Source of the DNA: an uncultured Planctomycetota bacterium
Lineage (GTDB): Bacteria; Planctomycetota; PLA2; JAEUHO01
Direction of reading: 5' to 3'
Assembly: GCA_963752285.1 (NCBI GenBank)
Contig: CAVVXN010000005.1
Coordinates: forward strand, 1,408,001-1,472,000
DNA: 64,000 nt
Below the pieces are notes generated by a model. The model did no database searches, was not told where the DNA came from, and was given only the letters and a program-made list of their open reading frames with translations. A program made the position numbers and the translations under genes. This document shows positions 54,746 through 64,000 of this stretch, one piece after another (positions within the stretch are counted from its first letter, which is position 1; each line of letters opens with the position of its first letter).

Positions 54746-57700
54746 CTATCCCGCCGCGACCGTCTCGGCGGGGTCGTAGGCGGTGAGCTTCACGGCCACC
54801 TTCTTGCTGACGCCGGGCTCCTCCATCGTCACCCCGTAGAGGACGTCCGCCGCCTCCATCGTCGTCTTCGCGTGCGTCACCATGAGGAACTGGCTCTTGT
54901 CGGTGAACTCGCGGACGAGCGAGACCAGGCGCCGGACGTTCGCCTCGTCGAGCGCGGCGTCCACCTCGTCCAGGATCGCGAAGGGGCTCGGACGGGCCTT
55001 GAAGACGGCGAAGAGGAGGGCGACCGCCGTCAGGGTGCGTTCGCCGCCGGAGAGGAGGCTGATCGTTCGCTGCTCCTTCCCCGGCGGACGCGCGACGACG
55101 TCCACGCCCGACTCGAGCACGTTCGACGCGTCGTCGAGCACGATGTCGGCGCGACCGCCGCCGAAGAGCCGCCGGAAGGTCTCGCGAAAGTGCTCGCGCA
55201 CCTCCTCGAACGTCTTCGAGAAGCGCTCGGTGCTCACCTGGTCGAGCTCGACGATCACGCGCTCGAGGTCGGCCTTCGCGTCGATCAGGTCCTTCTCCTG
55301 GGTCCGGAGGAAGCCGACGTGGGTCTCGACCTCCTCCAGCTCCTGGATCGCGTTCAGGTTCACGTTCCCCAGGCCCTCGAGCCGACGGCGCAGGTCCTCG
55401 ACCTCCGCGTCCACCTGGTCGAGGTCCACGGTCTCCGCCGCCTCGGTCTCCTCGGCGACGGCCGCGAGGTCGAGGCCCTGGTCCTGCCGCACCTGCTCGA
55501 CGAGCGACTCCATGCGGACCCGGAGCTCGGAGTCCTTTCGGCGAAGCTCCTCGAGGCGCTCCCGGAGTTCCTCGTGCAGGCGGCCGACCTCCATGCGGCG
55601 CGCGGCCTCGCCGCCCGCGGCGCCCTCGAGCGCAACGAGGGCCTCGCGCTCCCGCTCTGCGGCCTCGCCGGCCGAACGCCGGTCGGCCTCGCGGCGCGCG
55701 GCGAGCGTCTCGAACCGCGCGATCTCGACCTCGGCCTCGCCGACCCGCTGCTCGAGGTCGGCGCGCTCCGTCTCGAGCGCGGCGGCGCGCGACTCGAGGG
55801 AGCGGATCTCGTCGTGCGTCCGCGCGCCGCGGGCGCGCGCGCCGTCCCCGCGCGCCTTCGTCTCGGCGAGCGCGAGGCGGATCTCCATGCGCCGCTCGCC
55901 GGCCTGGCGGCGCTCGGACTCGAGCGCCGCGAACCCGCGGGCCGCCTCGTCCGCGCGCACCTCGAGGGCCCGCCGCTCGGCCTCGAGCACCTCGAGACGA
56001 CGCACGACGACGGCCGCCGCCTCGTGCGCGAAGGAGAGCGTCTCGAAGAGATCCTCGCGCTCGAGGTCGAGCGTCTCGAGGCCCTGGAGCACGTGCGAGA
56101 GTTCCTTCTCGGTCCGGGCCAGGCTCTCTCCCCCGCGGTGGCGGTCCTCCGCGTGGCGAACGATCTCGTGGCGGATCTCCCGGATCCGCGCCTCCGCGTC
56201 CGACACCGCGACCTCGGCCGCCGTCGCCGCGCCCCGCGCGAGGAGCAGCTCCTCGTCCAGGCGCTCGACCTCGGCCCGGAGGCGGTAGCGCTCCGCGGTC
56301 CGTCCGACGAGCCCGAGGGCGTCGCCGTCCGCGCCGCCGAGGAGCGACCCGGACGCGGTGACCCGGTCGCCGTTCGGGGTGACGGCGTTCGTGGGCCCCT
56401 CGGTGCGCCAGAGGCGGACGCCCTCCGCGAGGTCCTCGACGAGCCGGGTGCCGGCCGCGACGGAGCGGACCAGCGGCTCGAGCCACGCCGGCCCGCCGGT
56501 GCCGGCGGCCCCCTCGGGGAGCGCCGGCGCGTCCCCCTGGACGAGGTCGAGGGCGAGGAACCGCGCGCGCGCCGAGCCGTGCTCGTGCCGGAGCCACGCG
56601 ATCCACCGGGCGGCGTCGTCGGCCGACCGGACGACGATCGCGCCCGCGGCCGGACCGAGCAGGCGGTCGAGCACCCGCGCCTCGTCGGCGCCGGGCCGCA
56701 GGAGGTCCGCGAGGATCCCGAACACGCCGTCCCGCGCGCCGTCGGCGTCGGGGAACGCGGCGTCCACCGCCTCGAGCACGCGACGCGCGCCCTCGTCCAC
56801 GCCCTCGTGGGCCGCGGCGAGGCGCTCCAGGAGGTCCATGCGCGCGGCCTTCGTCGCTCGGGACTCGGACGCCTGGGCCGCGCGGTGCCGCGCCTCCAGC
56901 GCCGCCGCGCGCCGCGCCTCGCGCTCACGCTCGGCCTGGGCGAGACGCTCGGCGCGCGCCCGACCCTCCGCCTCGAGCCGCTCGGCGTCCTCGCGCAGGC
57001 CCGCGAGGTCCGACTCGAGACGGTCGCGGCGAAGGACGAGGTCCTCCGCCTGGCGGCCGAGGCGCGTCAGCCGCTCCTCCGCCTGGCGGACCTCCACGCG
57101 CCGCTCCGCCTCCTCGTTCCGCGCGTCGGCGATCCGGCCGAGGGCCACGAGCGCGTCCTTCTTCGCGCCCTCGTGCGCGTCGCGGATGCCGGCGACCTCG
57201 GCGTCGAGACGCACGAGGTCCTCCTCCGCCGACGCGAGCCTCGCCCCGAGGGACTCCGCCTCCCGGGCGGCCGCCTCGGCCTCGCGGTCGAGGTCCTGGA
57301 CGTCGCCGAGCAGCGCGGCCGCGCGCGTGCGCGCCGCCGCCGCCTGGTCGGTCGAGGCCGCGATCCTCGAGACGAGGTCGTCCCGCGTCTTCGTGGCGAA
57401 CACGACGCGGTCGCGGCTCGCGCGGACGTCGGCCGCGGCCTCGGCGACCTCGGCCTCGCGCGCGTGGACCGCCTCGCTCGCCTCGCGGCGCCGGGCCTCG
57501 AAGAGGCGGGTCGCCTCCTCGAGGGCCTGGAGCTCCTCGGCGGCGCGACGCTCCTCCTCGAGGGCCCCGGCCATCCGACCCGAGAGCGCCTCGCGCTCGC
57601 TCGCGACCCGCCGGTAGCGGAGGACGCCGCGGAGGACCCGCTTCTTCTGGAGCTCGTCCCGGAGCTCCTGGTAGCGCCGCGCGCGGCCCGCCTGGTTCTT

Positions 57701-58315
57701 GAGCGAACGGAGGCGCTTCTCCTCGAGCTCGAGCACGTCGAGCAGGCGTTCCAGGTTCTCGCGCGTGCGCTCGAGCCGCTGCTCGGCCTCCTTCTTGCGC
57801 TGCTTGTAGCGGCTGATGCCGGCCGCCTCCTCGAAGATCCCCCGCCGGTCGGCGGGGTTGGCGGCGAGGAGGGCGTCGATCTGGCCCTGCTCCATGATGG
57901 CGTTTCGCTCGACGCCGAGACCGGTGTCGAGGAACAGCTCGCGGATGTCCTTCAGGCGCGCGGCCTCGCCCCCGACGAGGTACTCGGACTCGCCCGAGCG
58001 GTGGAGGCGGCGGGTGATCTGGATCTCGGTCCGCTCGGAGGGCAGGGAGCCGTCGGAGTTGTCGAGGAACAGCGACACCTCGGCCAGCCCGTGGGCCCGC
58101 CGGTGGCGGCTCCCCGCGAAGATCACGTCCTCCATCCGCTTGCCACGGAGGCTCCGGGGGCTCATGTCGCCGAGCACCCACTTCACGGCATCGACGACGT
58201 TGCTCTTCCCGCACCCGTTCGGGCCGACGATGGAGGAGATGCCGTCGCCGAACTCGAAGACGGTCCGGTCGGCGAAGGACTTGAAGCCGAGGATCTCGAG
58301 GCGGCGGATCTTCAT
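54746..58315 (-). CDS. smc: Chromosome segregation protein SMC
   Basis: GFKSFAD, Walker A GPNGCGKSN, FEEAAG, coiled coils and hinge, LSGGE, FAILDEVDAALD. Confidence 0.97.
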   Translation of the reverse strand: MKIRRLEILGFKSFADRTVFEFGDGISSIVGPNGCGKSNVVDAVKWVLGDMSPRSLRGKRMEDVIFAGSRHRRAHGLAEVSLFLDNSDGSLPSERTEIQITRRLHRSGESEYLVGGEAARLKDIRELFLDTGLGVERNAIMEQGQIDALLAANPADRRGIFEEAAGISRYKQRKKEAEQRLERTRENLERLLDVLELEEKRLRSLKNQAGRARRYQELRDELQKKRVLRGVLRYRRVASEREALSGRMAGALEEERRAAEELQALEEATRLFEARRREASEAVHAREAEVAEAAADVRASRDRVVFATKTRDDLVSRIAASTDQAAAARTRAAALLGDVQDLDREAEAAAREAESLGARLASAEEDLVRLDAEVAGIRDAHEGAKKDALVALGRIADARNEEAERRVEVRQAEERLTRLGRQAEDLVLRRDRLESDLAGLREDAERLEAEGRARAERLAQAEREREARRAAALEARHRAAQASESRATKAARMDLLERLAAAHEGVDEGARRVLEAVDAAFPDADGARDGVFGILADLLRPGADEARVLDRLLGPAAGAIVVRSADDAARWIAWLRHEHGSARARFLALDLVQGDAPALPEGAAGTGGPAWLEPLVRSVAAGTRLVEDLAEGVRLWRTEGPTNAVTPNGDRVTASGSLLGGADGDALGLVGRTAERYRLRAEVERLDEELLLARGAATAAEVAVSDAEARIREIRHEIVRHAEDRHRGGESLARTEKELSHVLQGLETLDLEREDLFETLSFAHEAAAVVVRRLEVLEAERRALEVRADEAARGFAALESERRQAGERRMEIRLALAETKARGDGARARGARTHDEIRSLESRAAALETERADLEQRVGEAEVEIARFETLAARREADRRSAGEAAEREREALVALEGAAGGEAARRMEVGRLHEELRERLEELRRKDSELRVRMESLVEQVRQDQGLDLAAVAEETEAAETVDLDQVDAEVEDLRRRLEGLGNVNLNAIQELEEVETHVGFLRTQEKDLIDAKADLERVIVELDQVSTERFSKTFEEVREHFRETFRRLFGGGRADIVLDDASNVLESGVDVVARPPGKEQRTISLLSGGERTLTAVALLFAVFKARPSPFAILDEVDAALDEANVRRLVSLVREFTDKSQFLMVTHAKTTMEAADVLYGVTMEEPGVSKKVAVKLTAYDPAETVAAG

Positions 58316-58421
58316 GGGTTTCTGATCGGCGGCGCAGTCGTCCGTCGGGCGCGTGACGGCCCTCGTGTGGGAAGGTCGGTCGGCGAAGCCTTCGTCCGCA
58401 CCTCGCAGGTACCAGCGAGAC

Positions 58422-60581
58422 TCACGAGGTCGGCTGCGATCCGGCCCCCTCTCTCCTCACCCAGCGGTGTGGCCAGGGATCCAGAGCGTATTCCACGACC
58501 CGGGCGTCGTCGGCCGCGGCCAGGAGGTCGGCGAGGAGCTCGTCCACGGGCGGCCTCGACTCCGCGTCGATCCGGTGGCGGACGCGCTGCAGGCGGACCG
58601 CGCCGCGCGTCCGCGCGGGGCCGACGAGCTCGCGCCGCGCCTCCCCGACGTCGAGGAGCGGGTCGGCGTACGACGGCTCCAGGCCGTCCGGCCACCACGG
58701 GCCGGCGGCGGGGAAGCGCAGGAGGTCCAGGCGCGCGAGCCGGGCGGCGGCCTCCCCGCCGGGCACCGGCGAGAGCGCGACCTCCAGGCCGCGCTCGGGA
58801 CCCGCCCGGGCGAGGGCCCTCACCATCACGGCTTCGACCTCGTCGGCGAGGCGCGCCCGATCGTCGGCGGTGCCGGCGGGTACGAGCAACCGGACGGCGC
58901 GGTCGAGGCCCACCGGCTCGACGAGGTGGAGGGCGCCGTCCACGTCCACGAGGGGAACCGGACCGCGGCGCACCGCCCAGAGCGCGAGACCGGGTTCCTC
59001 GCCGGCGCGGACGAGGAGGTCGCGCCGGGCCGCCGCGACGTCCACGGCCAGACGGGCCAGACGCTCGACCTCCTCCCGGAACGCGGGCGCGCCCGCGGCC
59101 GCCGTCCGCAGCGCCGCGGCGACGAGGTTCACGGCGGTCGCCGTCGCCACCGTCACGTCGCCGTTCGCGAAGCGGAGCGGGTCCACGACCTCCGCCTCGC
59201 GGCGCCGGAGCCACCGGCCCCCGCGCGAGGGCTGGTCGCCCTCCTCGAGCGCGAGCCAGGGCTCCCCCGCCTCGGCGGCCGACGCGAGGGCCTCGCGCAG
59301 GAGCCCGCGCATCGCGGCGTCCCGGCGGCCGCGGCGCGGCAGGACGAGCGTCAGGGAGACCCCGCCGAGGCGGCCCCGCCGGCGAAGGAGCGCGGCCTCC
59401 CGCAGGATCGCGCGCGCGACGCGGAGCGCCTCGTCCGCGTACGCGCCGAAGGGCCGCCCCGGGGGGGCGGGGTCGGGGGGTTCGAGACCCCGGAGCCGCC
59501 CGGGGACCTCGGCCGAGAGCCCGATCTCGAGCTCCAGCCGGCCACCGCGCCCGGGGAACGAGGCGAGTGCCGGCGAGAGGAGGAGCTGGCGGACCTCCTG
59601 GACGAGCTCGTCGTCGGTGAGGTTCGAGAGGTGCGGAGCGAGGTGGACGTTCAGGTCCTCGAGCACGAGCGCGCGGGCGAGGAACGGGCGGTAGCGCTGG
59701 ACGATCTCCTCGAGCGACCGGAGCGCGCGCCGGGCGCCCGACGGCCGGTCCACGAGGTCGCCCTCGAGCGTCGCCTGGAGGAGCGCGCCGAACGGCAACG
59801 CGCTCGCCGCGACCGCGAGGGGCGCCCCCAGGTCGTACGCGTGGAGGTCGCCGAGGCGGTGCGCCTCCGCGGCGGGGCCGGGCAGGACCTCCTCGAGCAT
59901 CCACGCCTCGAGCACCTCCTCGCCGAGCGCGTGGGCGAGCGCCCCGGGGTCGGTCGCGCGCGCGCACTCGGGACCGCGCTGGAGCGCGGCCCGCACGCGG
60001 TCGAACGCCACCGCGGCGGACGCGCGGCTCCCGAGACGGCTCGTGCGGCCCCGGTCGAACATCTCCGAGTGCACGAGCGCGACGATCAGCTCGGGCGCGG
60101 CGCGGGCCACGCCCGCGTCCACGAGACGGGTCTCGACGCTCCGGGCGACGTCCTCGGCCTCCGTGCGGTCCAACCCGTCCGCCGCGACGAGCGCCTCCAC
60201 GAGACGCGCCTTCGAGAAGAGGGAGGCCTCGGGCTCGGCCTCTCCGCTCACCAGGGGCCGCGCGTGCCCCCGCGCGGCGTCGCGGGCGGCGCGCGCCGCG
60301 GCGCGGCGCTCCCGGTAGAGGATGTAGGCCTTCGCGGTCCGCGCGTGCCCGGTCTCGATCAGGACCTTCTCGACGGCGTCCTGCACGTCCTCGATCGTCG
60401 GGACCTCGCGTTCGATCGTGCGCTCCACGTGGGCGACCACGAGGCCGGCGAGCTCCTCGGCGAGGAATCGGTCCTCGCCCCCCACCGCGCGCGCCGCCCG
60501 GAAGATCGCGTCGGCGATCTTCTCCCGCCGAAAGGGGACGAGGCGGCCGTCGCGCTTCTTGATCTGACGAAGGCGCCTCAC
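58422..60581 (-). CDS. ATP-cone protein homologous to class III ribonucleotide reductase NrdD but lacking catalytic motifs (719 aa)
   Basis: ATP cone IKKRDGRLVPF...IEDVQDAVEKVL...AKAYILYR and NrdD-like AHRLGDLHAYDL, LNVHLAP, AVNL, PGGEAAARLARLD. Only one Cys; no Zn-finger and no RxxGY. GTG start overlaps the nrdR stop. Confidence 0.75.
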   Translation of the reverse strand: MRRLRQIKKRDGRLVPFRREKIADAIFRAARAVGGEDRFLAEELAGLVVAHVERTIEREVPTIEDVQDAVEKVLIETGHARTAKAYILYRERRAAARAARDAARGHARPLVSGEAEPEASLFSKARLVEALVAADGLDRTEAEDVARSVETRLVDAGVARAAPELIVALVHSEMFDRGRTSRLGSRASAAVAFDRVRAALQRGPECARATDPGALAHALGEEVLEAWMLEEVLPGPAAEAHRLGDLHAYDLGAPLAVAASALPFGALLQATLEGDLVDRPSGARRALRSLEEIVQRYRPFLARALVLEDLNVHLAPHLSNLTDDELVQEVRQLLLSPALASFPGRGGRLELEIGLSAEVPGRLRGLEPPDPAPPGRPFGAYADEALRVARAILREAALLRRRGRLGGVSLTLVLPRRGRRDAAMRGLLREALASAAEAGEPWLALEEGDQPSRGGRWLRRREAEVVDPLRFANGDVTVATATAVNLVAAALRTAAAGAPAFREEVERLARLAVDVAAARRDLLVRAGEEPGLALWAVRRGPVPLVDVDGALHLVEPVGLDRAVRLLVPAGTADDRARLADEVEAVMVRALARAGPERGLEVALSPVPGGEAAARLARLDLLRFPAAGPWWPDGLEPSYADPLLDVGEARRELVGPARTRGAVRLQRVRHRIDAESRPPVDELLADLLAAADDARVVEYALDPWPHRWVRREGAGSQPTS

Positions 60582-61069
60582 CGCCCCTTCTTGCCCTTGC
60601 GCCCGGTGGGACGGGCGGTCTCGGAGAGCATCGGCTTCAGCTCGTCCACGAAGTCGCTCAAGTCCTGGAACTCCCGGTAGACGGACGCGAAGCGTACGTA
60701 GGCCACCTGGTCGAGCTTGCGCAGCTCGTCCATCACGAGCTCGCCGACGTACGAGACCGGCACCTCGCCCTCGTACTCCTCGAGCACGCGGTTCTCGATG
60801 CGGCTCGTGATCTCCTCGAGCGCGTGGATCGGGATCGGGCGCTTCTCGCAGGCCTTGATCATCCCCAGCAGGATCTTGCGGCGCTCGAAGGGCTCGCGCC
60901 GCTGGTCCTTCTTGACGACGCGGAGCGGGCTCTCCTCGATGCGCTCGTACGTCGTGTACCGGCGGCCACAGGCGACGCACTCGCGCCGTCGCCGGATCGC
61001 GAAGCCGTCGTTGCTCGCCCGCGAGTCCACGACCCGGTCGTCATCGACCTTGCAGAAGGGGCAACGCAT
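60578..61069 (-). CDS. nrdR: Transcriptional repressor NrdR
   Basis: MRCPFC...VVDSR...IRRRRECVACGRRYTTYE, ATP cone, VAYVRFASVYREF. Confidence 0.97.
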   Translation of the reverse strand: MRCPFCKVDDDRVVDSRASNDGFAIRRRRECVACGRRYTTYERIEESPLRVVKKDQRREPFERRKILLGMIKACEKRPIPIHALEEITSRIENRVLEEYEGEVPVSYVGELVMDELRKLDQVAYVRFASVYREFQDLSDFVDELKPMLSETARPTGRKGKKGR

Positions 61070-61313
61070 TCAGCGCGACCGTTCCACGGGGCCGCGTGCC
61101 CCGCGGCGTCCCGCGCGGCGCCGGTCCCGCCGTCCGGCCGGCCCCGCCTCGTTCTCGCCGGGGCGTCCGGGGAGGCGCGGGACGGCGCTCCGTGGCCGAG
61201 AGCGCCGGCAAAGCCCGATCCGCACTCGTCGTCCCGTCCGCACCTCGGTCTGGCTCACCCCCGGACTCGCGAACCGATCGGGCTCGGGGCCTCGTCGAGG
61301 CTCGGCGCCCGGC

Positions 61314-61361
61314 CCCCAACCCCTGGGGTCCGGGGCAACCTACCACCCGCACCCATGGGGC
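61314..61361. promoter_or_regulatory. Two degenerate NrdR-box-like 16-mers, 32 bp apart
   Basis: CCCCAACCCCTGGGGT (61314) and CCCGCACCCATGGGGC (61346) upstream of nrdR; both lack the central AT of the consensus. Confidence 0.25.
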
Positions 61362-61471
61362 GCAAAGAGCGCCCTCGGCCCGCGCGAACCCCGACCAGAT
61401 TTCCATCCGGGAGGCAACGGCCGATCCGCATAATGTCCGCGCTCGGGGCGTCCTGAGCGGGAGCCCTGGCG

Positions 61472-62230
61472 GTGTCCGTCGCGATCCTCGCCGACATCCA
61501 CTCGAATCTCGAGGCGCTCACGCGCGTCTTCGACCACATGGCGGAGCGCGGCGTCCAGCGCATCGTCTGCCTCGGCGACATCATCGGCTACGGCCCCAAC
61601 CCCCGCGAGTGCCTGAAGCTCCTCTTCTCGTCCGAGATCGCCATCATGGGGAACCACGAAGAGGCGGTCATGTTCTACGGCGAGGACTTCAACCCGAAGG
61701 CCCGCGCGTCGCTCGAGTGGACGAAGGACCAGCTCAACTCCACCAGCTACGAGCGGACCGAGAACTACGACATGTGGAACTTCCTCGGGACCATGCAGCA
61801 GGTCGTCGAGGACGGTGACGTCATGTATACGCACGGCAGCCCCCGCGTGCCGACCCGCGAGTACGTGGTGCCCCAGGACGCGCGGAACCGCGAGAAGATG
61901 CAGGGCATCTTCGACCTGATGAAGCGCGTGTGCTTCATCGGGCACAGCCACGTTCCCCACGTCTACACGTCCGACATGAAACACGCCGCCCCCGAGTCGG
62001 TGGGCGGCGCGATCGACCTGAGGAAGCTCGGCGACCGGAAGGTCCTGATCAACGTCGGGAGCGTCGGCCAGCCCCGGGACGGGGACCCGCGCCTCTCCTA
62101 CGCCACCTTCGACGGCTCCATCGTCCGGTTCTGGCGTCTCGACTACGACTTCCATCAGACGGTGGAGAAGATCTACTCGACGCCGGAGCTCCCGAACTTC
62201 CTCGCCGACCGGCTCCTCGTCGGCCGCTGA
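61472..62230 (+). CDS. Metallophosphoesterase family protein
   Basis: DIHSN, LGDIIGYG, GNHE, HGSP, GHSH, NVGSVGQPRDGDPR. Confidence 0.92.
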   Translation: MSVAILADIHSNLEALTRVFDHMAERGVQRIVCLGDIIGYGPNPRECLKLLFSSEIAIMGNHEEAVMFYGEDFNPKARASLEWTKDQLNSTSYERTENYDMWNFLGTMQQVVEDGDVMYTHGSPRVPTREYVVPQDARNREKMQGIFDLMKRVCFIGHSHVPHVYTSDMKHAAPESVGGAIDLRKLGDRKVLINVGSVGQPRDGDPRLSYATFDGSIVRFWRLDYDFHQTVEKIYSTPELPNFLADRLLVGR

Positions 62231-62358
62231 GACCGGGGGTCGGCCCGGCGCCGGGGGCCAAGGCGCCCGCCGCGACCTCGGAGCGCCCCGAACCGTCGCC
62301 CCGCGTCGCCCCGACCGGACTACACTTGTTCCCTTTCCTAGGCGGAGGCCGGGACCCG

Positions 62359-64000
62359 ATGGAACGCCGGATGCTCCTGGCGGTGGCGCTCTCCTTCATG
62401 GTGATCACCATGTACTCCGCCGCCACCGGCCAGTGCTCCCCCCCGCCGAAGAAGGGCTCGGAGCCGGCGACCGAGGCGCCGCCCGACGGCACGGGACCTG
62501 TGACCGCCCCCACACCGGGAACGCCGGGGGACGAGAGTGCGCCGGCCGCCGGGTCGAACCCGCCCGCGCCCGGCCCGGCCCCCGCGCCCGCCCCGGGCGC
62601 GGTCCAGGACGAGAGCCCGGTCTCGGAGGCGCCCGCGGTCGAGCGCGCGACGCTCCAGTCCGACGAGCTCCTCGTCACCTTCTCGAACGAGGGCGCGGCG
62701 GTCGAGTCGGTCCAGCTCCGCCACGCCTACGAGGGCGACAAGAAGACGCCCCTCGACCTGATCGTGCCGGAGGGCGATGGCTTCCTCTTCGGGGGGATCG
62801 ACCGGACCGCCCTCGTCCCGGCCGACGGCGCCCCCGGGGGCGGCCACCGGCACGAGGACCCGCCGGGGAAGCTCCGGACCGCCCGCTGGAACCGCGATCC
62901 CGCCGCCGAGGCGGCCACGCCCGAGACGGACGTCGTCTACACGCTCACCACGGACGCCGCGGTGTGGACGAAGCGCTGGATCCTCGAGCAGGGCGCGGAC
63001 CACTACGGCCTCCGCGAGCGCATCTCCCGCCGCGCCGTGGAGGGCCAGCCGGCCGACCCGGTGCCGCTCAAGGTGCTCGCCGAGTGCGGATTGCTTCGCG
63101 AGCCGGACTCGGGCGCCGCGTTCCTCCAGCCGAACGCCGCCCTGCTCCGGAACTCGCGCGCCGCCGACGCCGTGGAGAAGCCGACGGGTCTCCCCGTCAC
63201 CGAGGGCGAGGAGGTCCACGACCTGCGGCTCCTCGGCGCGCGCAGCCACTACTTCCTCTCGGCGTGGTACGTCGAGAAGGACTGGCCCCAGGCGCCCTCG
63301 CTCGTGCGCTGCTGGGCTACGGGCGCCGAGTACGACCGGCGCCCCCGGATCCAGACCTCGATCGCGTCGTTCTTCCGCGAGGTCCGGGACCGCGACCCGT
63401 CGAACGACCCGGCGCTGCTCGACCGCATCGTCACGGGCGTGGAGCAGATGCACCACGCCTGGATGGTGCTCACGATGCCGACGGGCGCCGACGCGGCGGC
63501 GGCCGAGCAGTCGGCGGTGGAGCTCCGCTACTTCATCGGTCCGATCAGCCGGCACGTGCTCCGCGCGGACGAGTACGCGCCCATCAAGCCGGTGATCACG
63601 TACCGCTCGGCCTTCGACGTGCTCGCGGACGCGCTCCTCGGCGTCTACGACCTCTTCCGCGGCCTCCTCGGGAGCGCCGGGCTCGGCGTGATCCTGATGA
63701 CGCTCGTCGTGCGCGGGTTGATGATGCCGCTCTCCATCAAGAACCAGCTCGGCATGCGCGTGTACAGCCGCAAGATCGCGAAGATCAAGCCCAAGCTGGA
63801 CGTCCTGAAGAAGCGGTACGCGAACAACCCGAAGCGGCTGCGCGAGGAGCAGGCGAAGCTCTATCGAGAGCACGGCGTCGGGCTGCCGACCGGCTGCCTG
63901 TTGATGTTCGTGCAGATCCCGATCTTCCTGGCCCTGTTCTCGTGCCTCCGCGCGGAGTACTCGCTCCGGAACGCCGGCTTCCTGTGGATCGCGGACCTCG
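62359..64000 (+). CDS. yidC: Membrane protein insertase YidC (3' end runs off the window)
   Basis: Translated by hand: MERRMLLAVALS..., FSNEGA, then GLGVILMTLVVRGLMMPL...KIKPKL..LKKRY...LYREHGV...GCL.MFVQIPIF...FLWIADL. Confidence 0.93.
   Translation, partial: MERRMLLAVALSFMVITMYSAATGQCSPPPKKGSEPATEAPPDGTGPVTAPTPGTPGDESAPAAGSNPPAPGPAPAPAPGAVQDESPVSEAPAVERATLQSDELLVTFSNEGAAVESVQLRHAYEGDKKTPLDLIVPEGDGFLFGGIDRTALVPADGAPGGGHRHEDPPGKLRTARWNRDPAAEAATPETDVVYTLTTDAAVWTKRWILEQGADHYGLRERISRRAVEGQPADPVPLKVLAECGLLREPDSGAAFLQPNAALLRNSRAADAVEKPTGLPVTEGEEVHDLRLLGARSHYFLSAWYVEKDWPQAPSLVRCWATGAEYDRRPRIQTSIASFFREVRDRDPSNDPALLDRIVTGVEQMHHAWMVLTMPTGADAAAAEQSAVELRYFIGPISRHVLRADEYAPIKPVITYRSAFDVLADALLGVYDLFRGLLGSAGLGVILMTLVVRGLMMPLSIKNQLGMRVYSRKIAKIKPKLDVLKKRYANNPKRLREEQAKLYREHGVGLPTGCLLMFVQIPIFLALFSCLRAEYSLRNAGFLWIADL

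Noticed and set aside
58422..60581. Annotation as functional nrdD
   Set aside because: The catalytic cysteines, Zn site and glycyl-radical motif are absent.

Overview
Very GC-rich bacterial chromosome segment (roughly 70-75% GC by eye). It is most likely Planctomycetota, inferred from the TIGR02999-type ECF/Ser-Thr kinase pair, DUF1570 and HEAT proteins, and nusA-infB-rbfA without rimP. Left arm (1-32.4 kb), housekeeping: argF'-argD-argC-mdh; cls, MlaD/MlaE-like genes and a STAS/RsbW-like pair; a probable ceramide cluster (reductase, spt, GNAT); HU; fabZ; a thiS-thiG fusion; an Hps-RraA fusion; nusA-infB-rbfA; tRNA-His(GTG). Accessory region after tRNA-His (about 32.4-50 kb): a decayed island with a kinase-FGE/CLec gene that has DGR-target hallmarks (VR-like C-terminus, GAA-loop hairpin, HRDC-like remnant), mobile-element debris, and a lipoprotein homologue of anthrax protective antigen/binary toxin B next to a kinase-WD40 and ECF sigma pair. 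Right arm: an ECF/thioredoxin-like anti-sigma module, smc, an apparently catalytically dead NrdD homologue coupled to nrdR, a metallophosphoesterase and partial yidC. All family calls come from motif recognition by eye; no database search was run.
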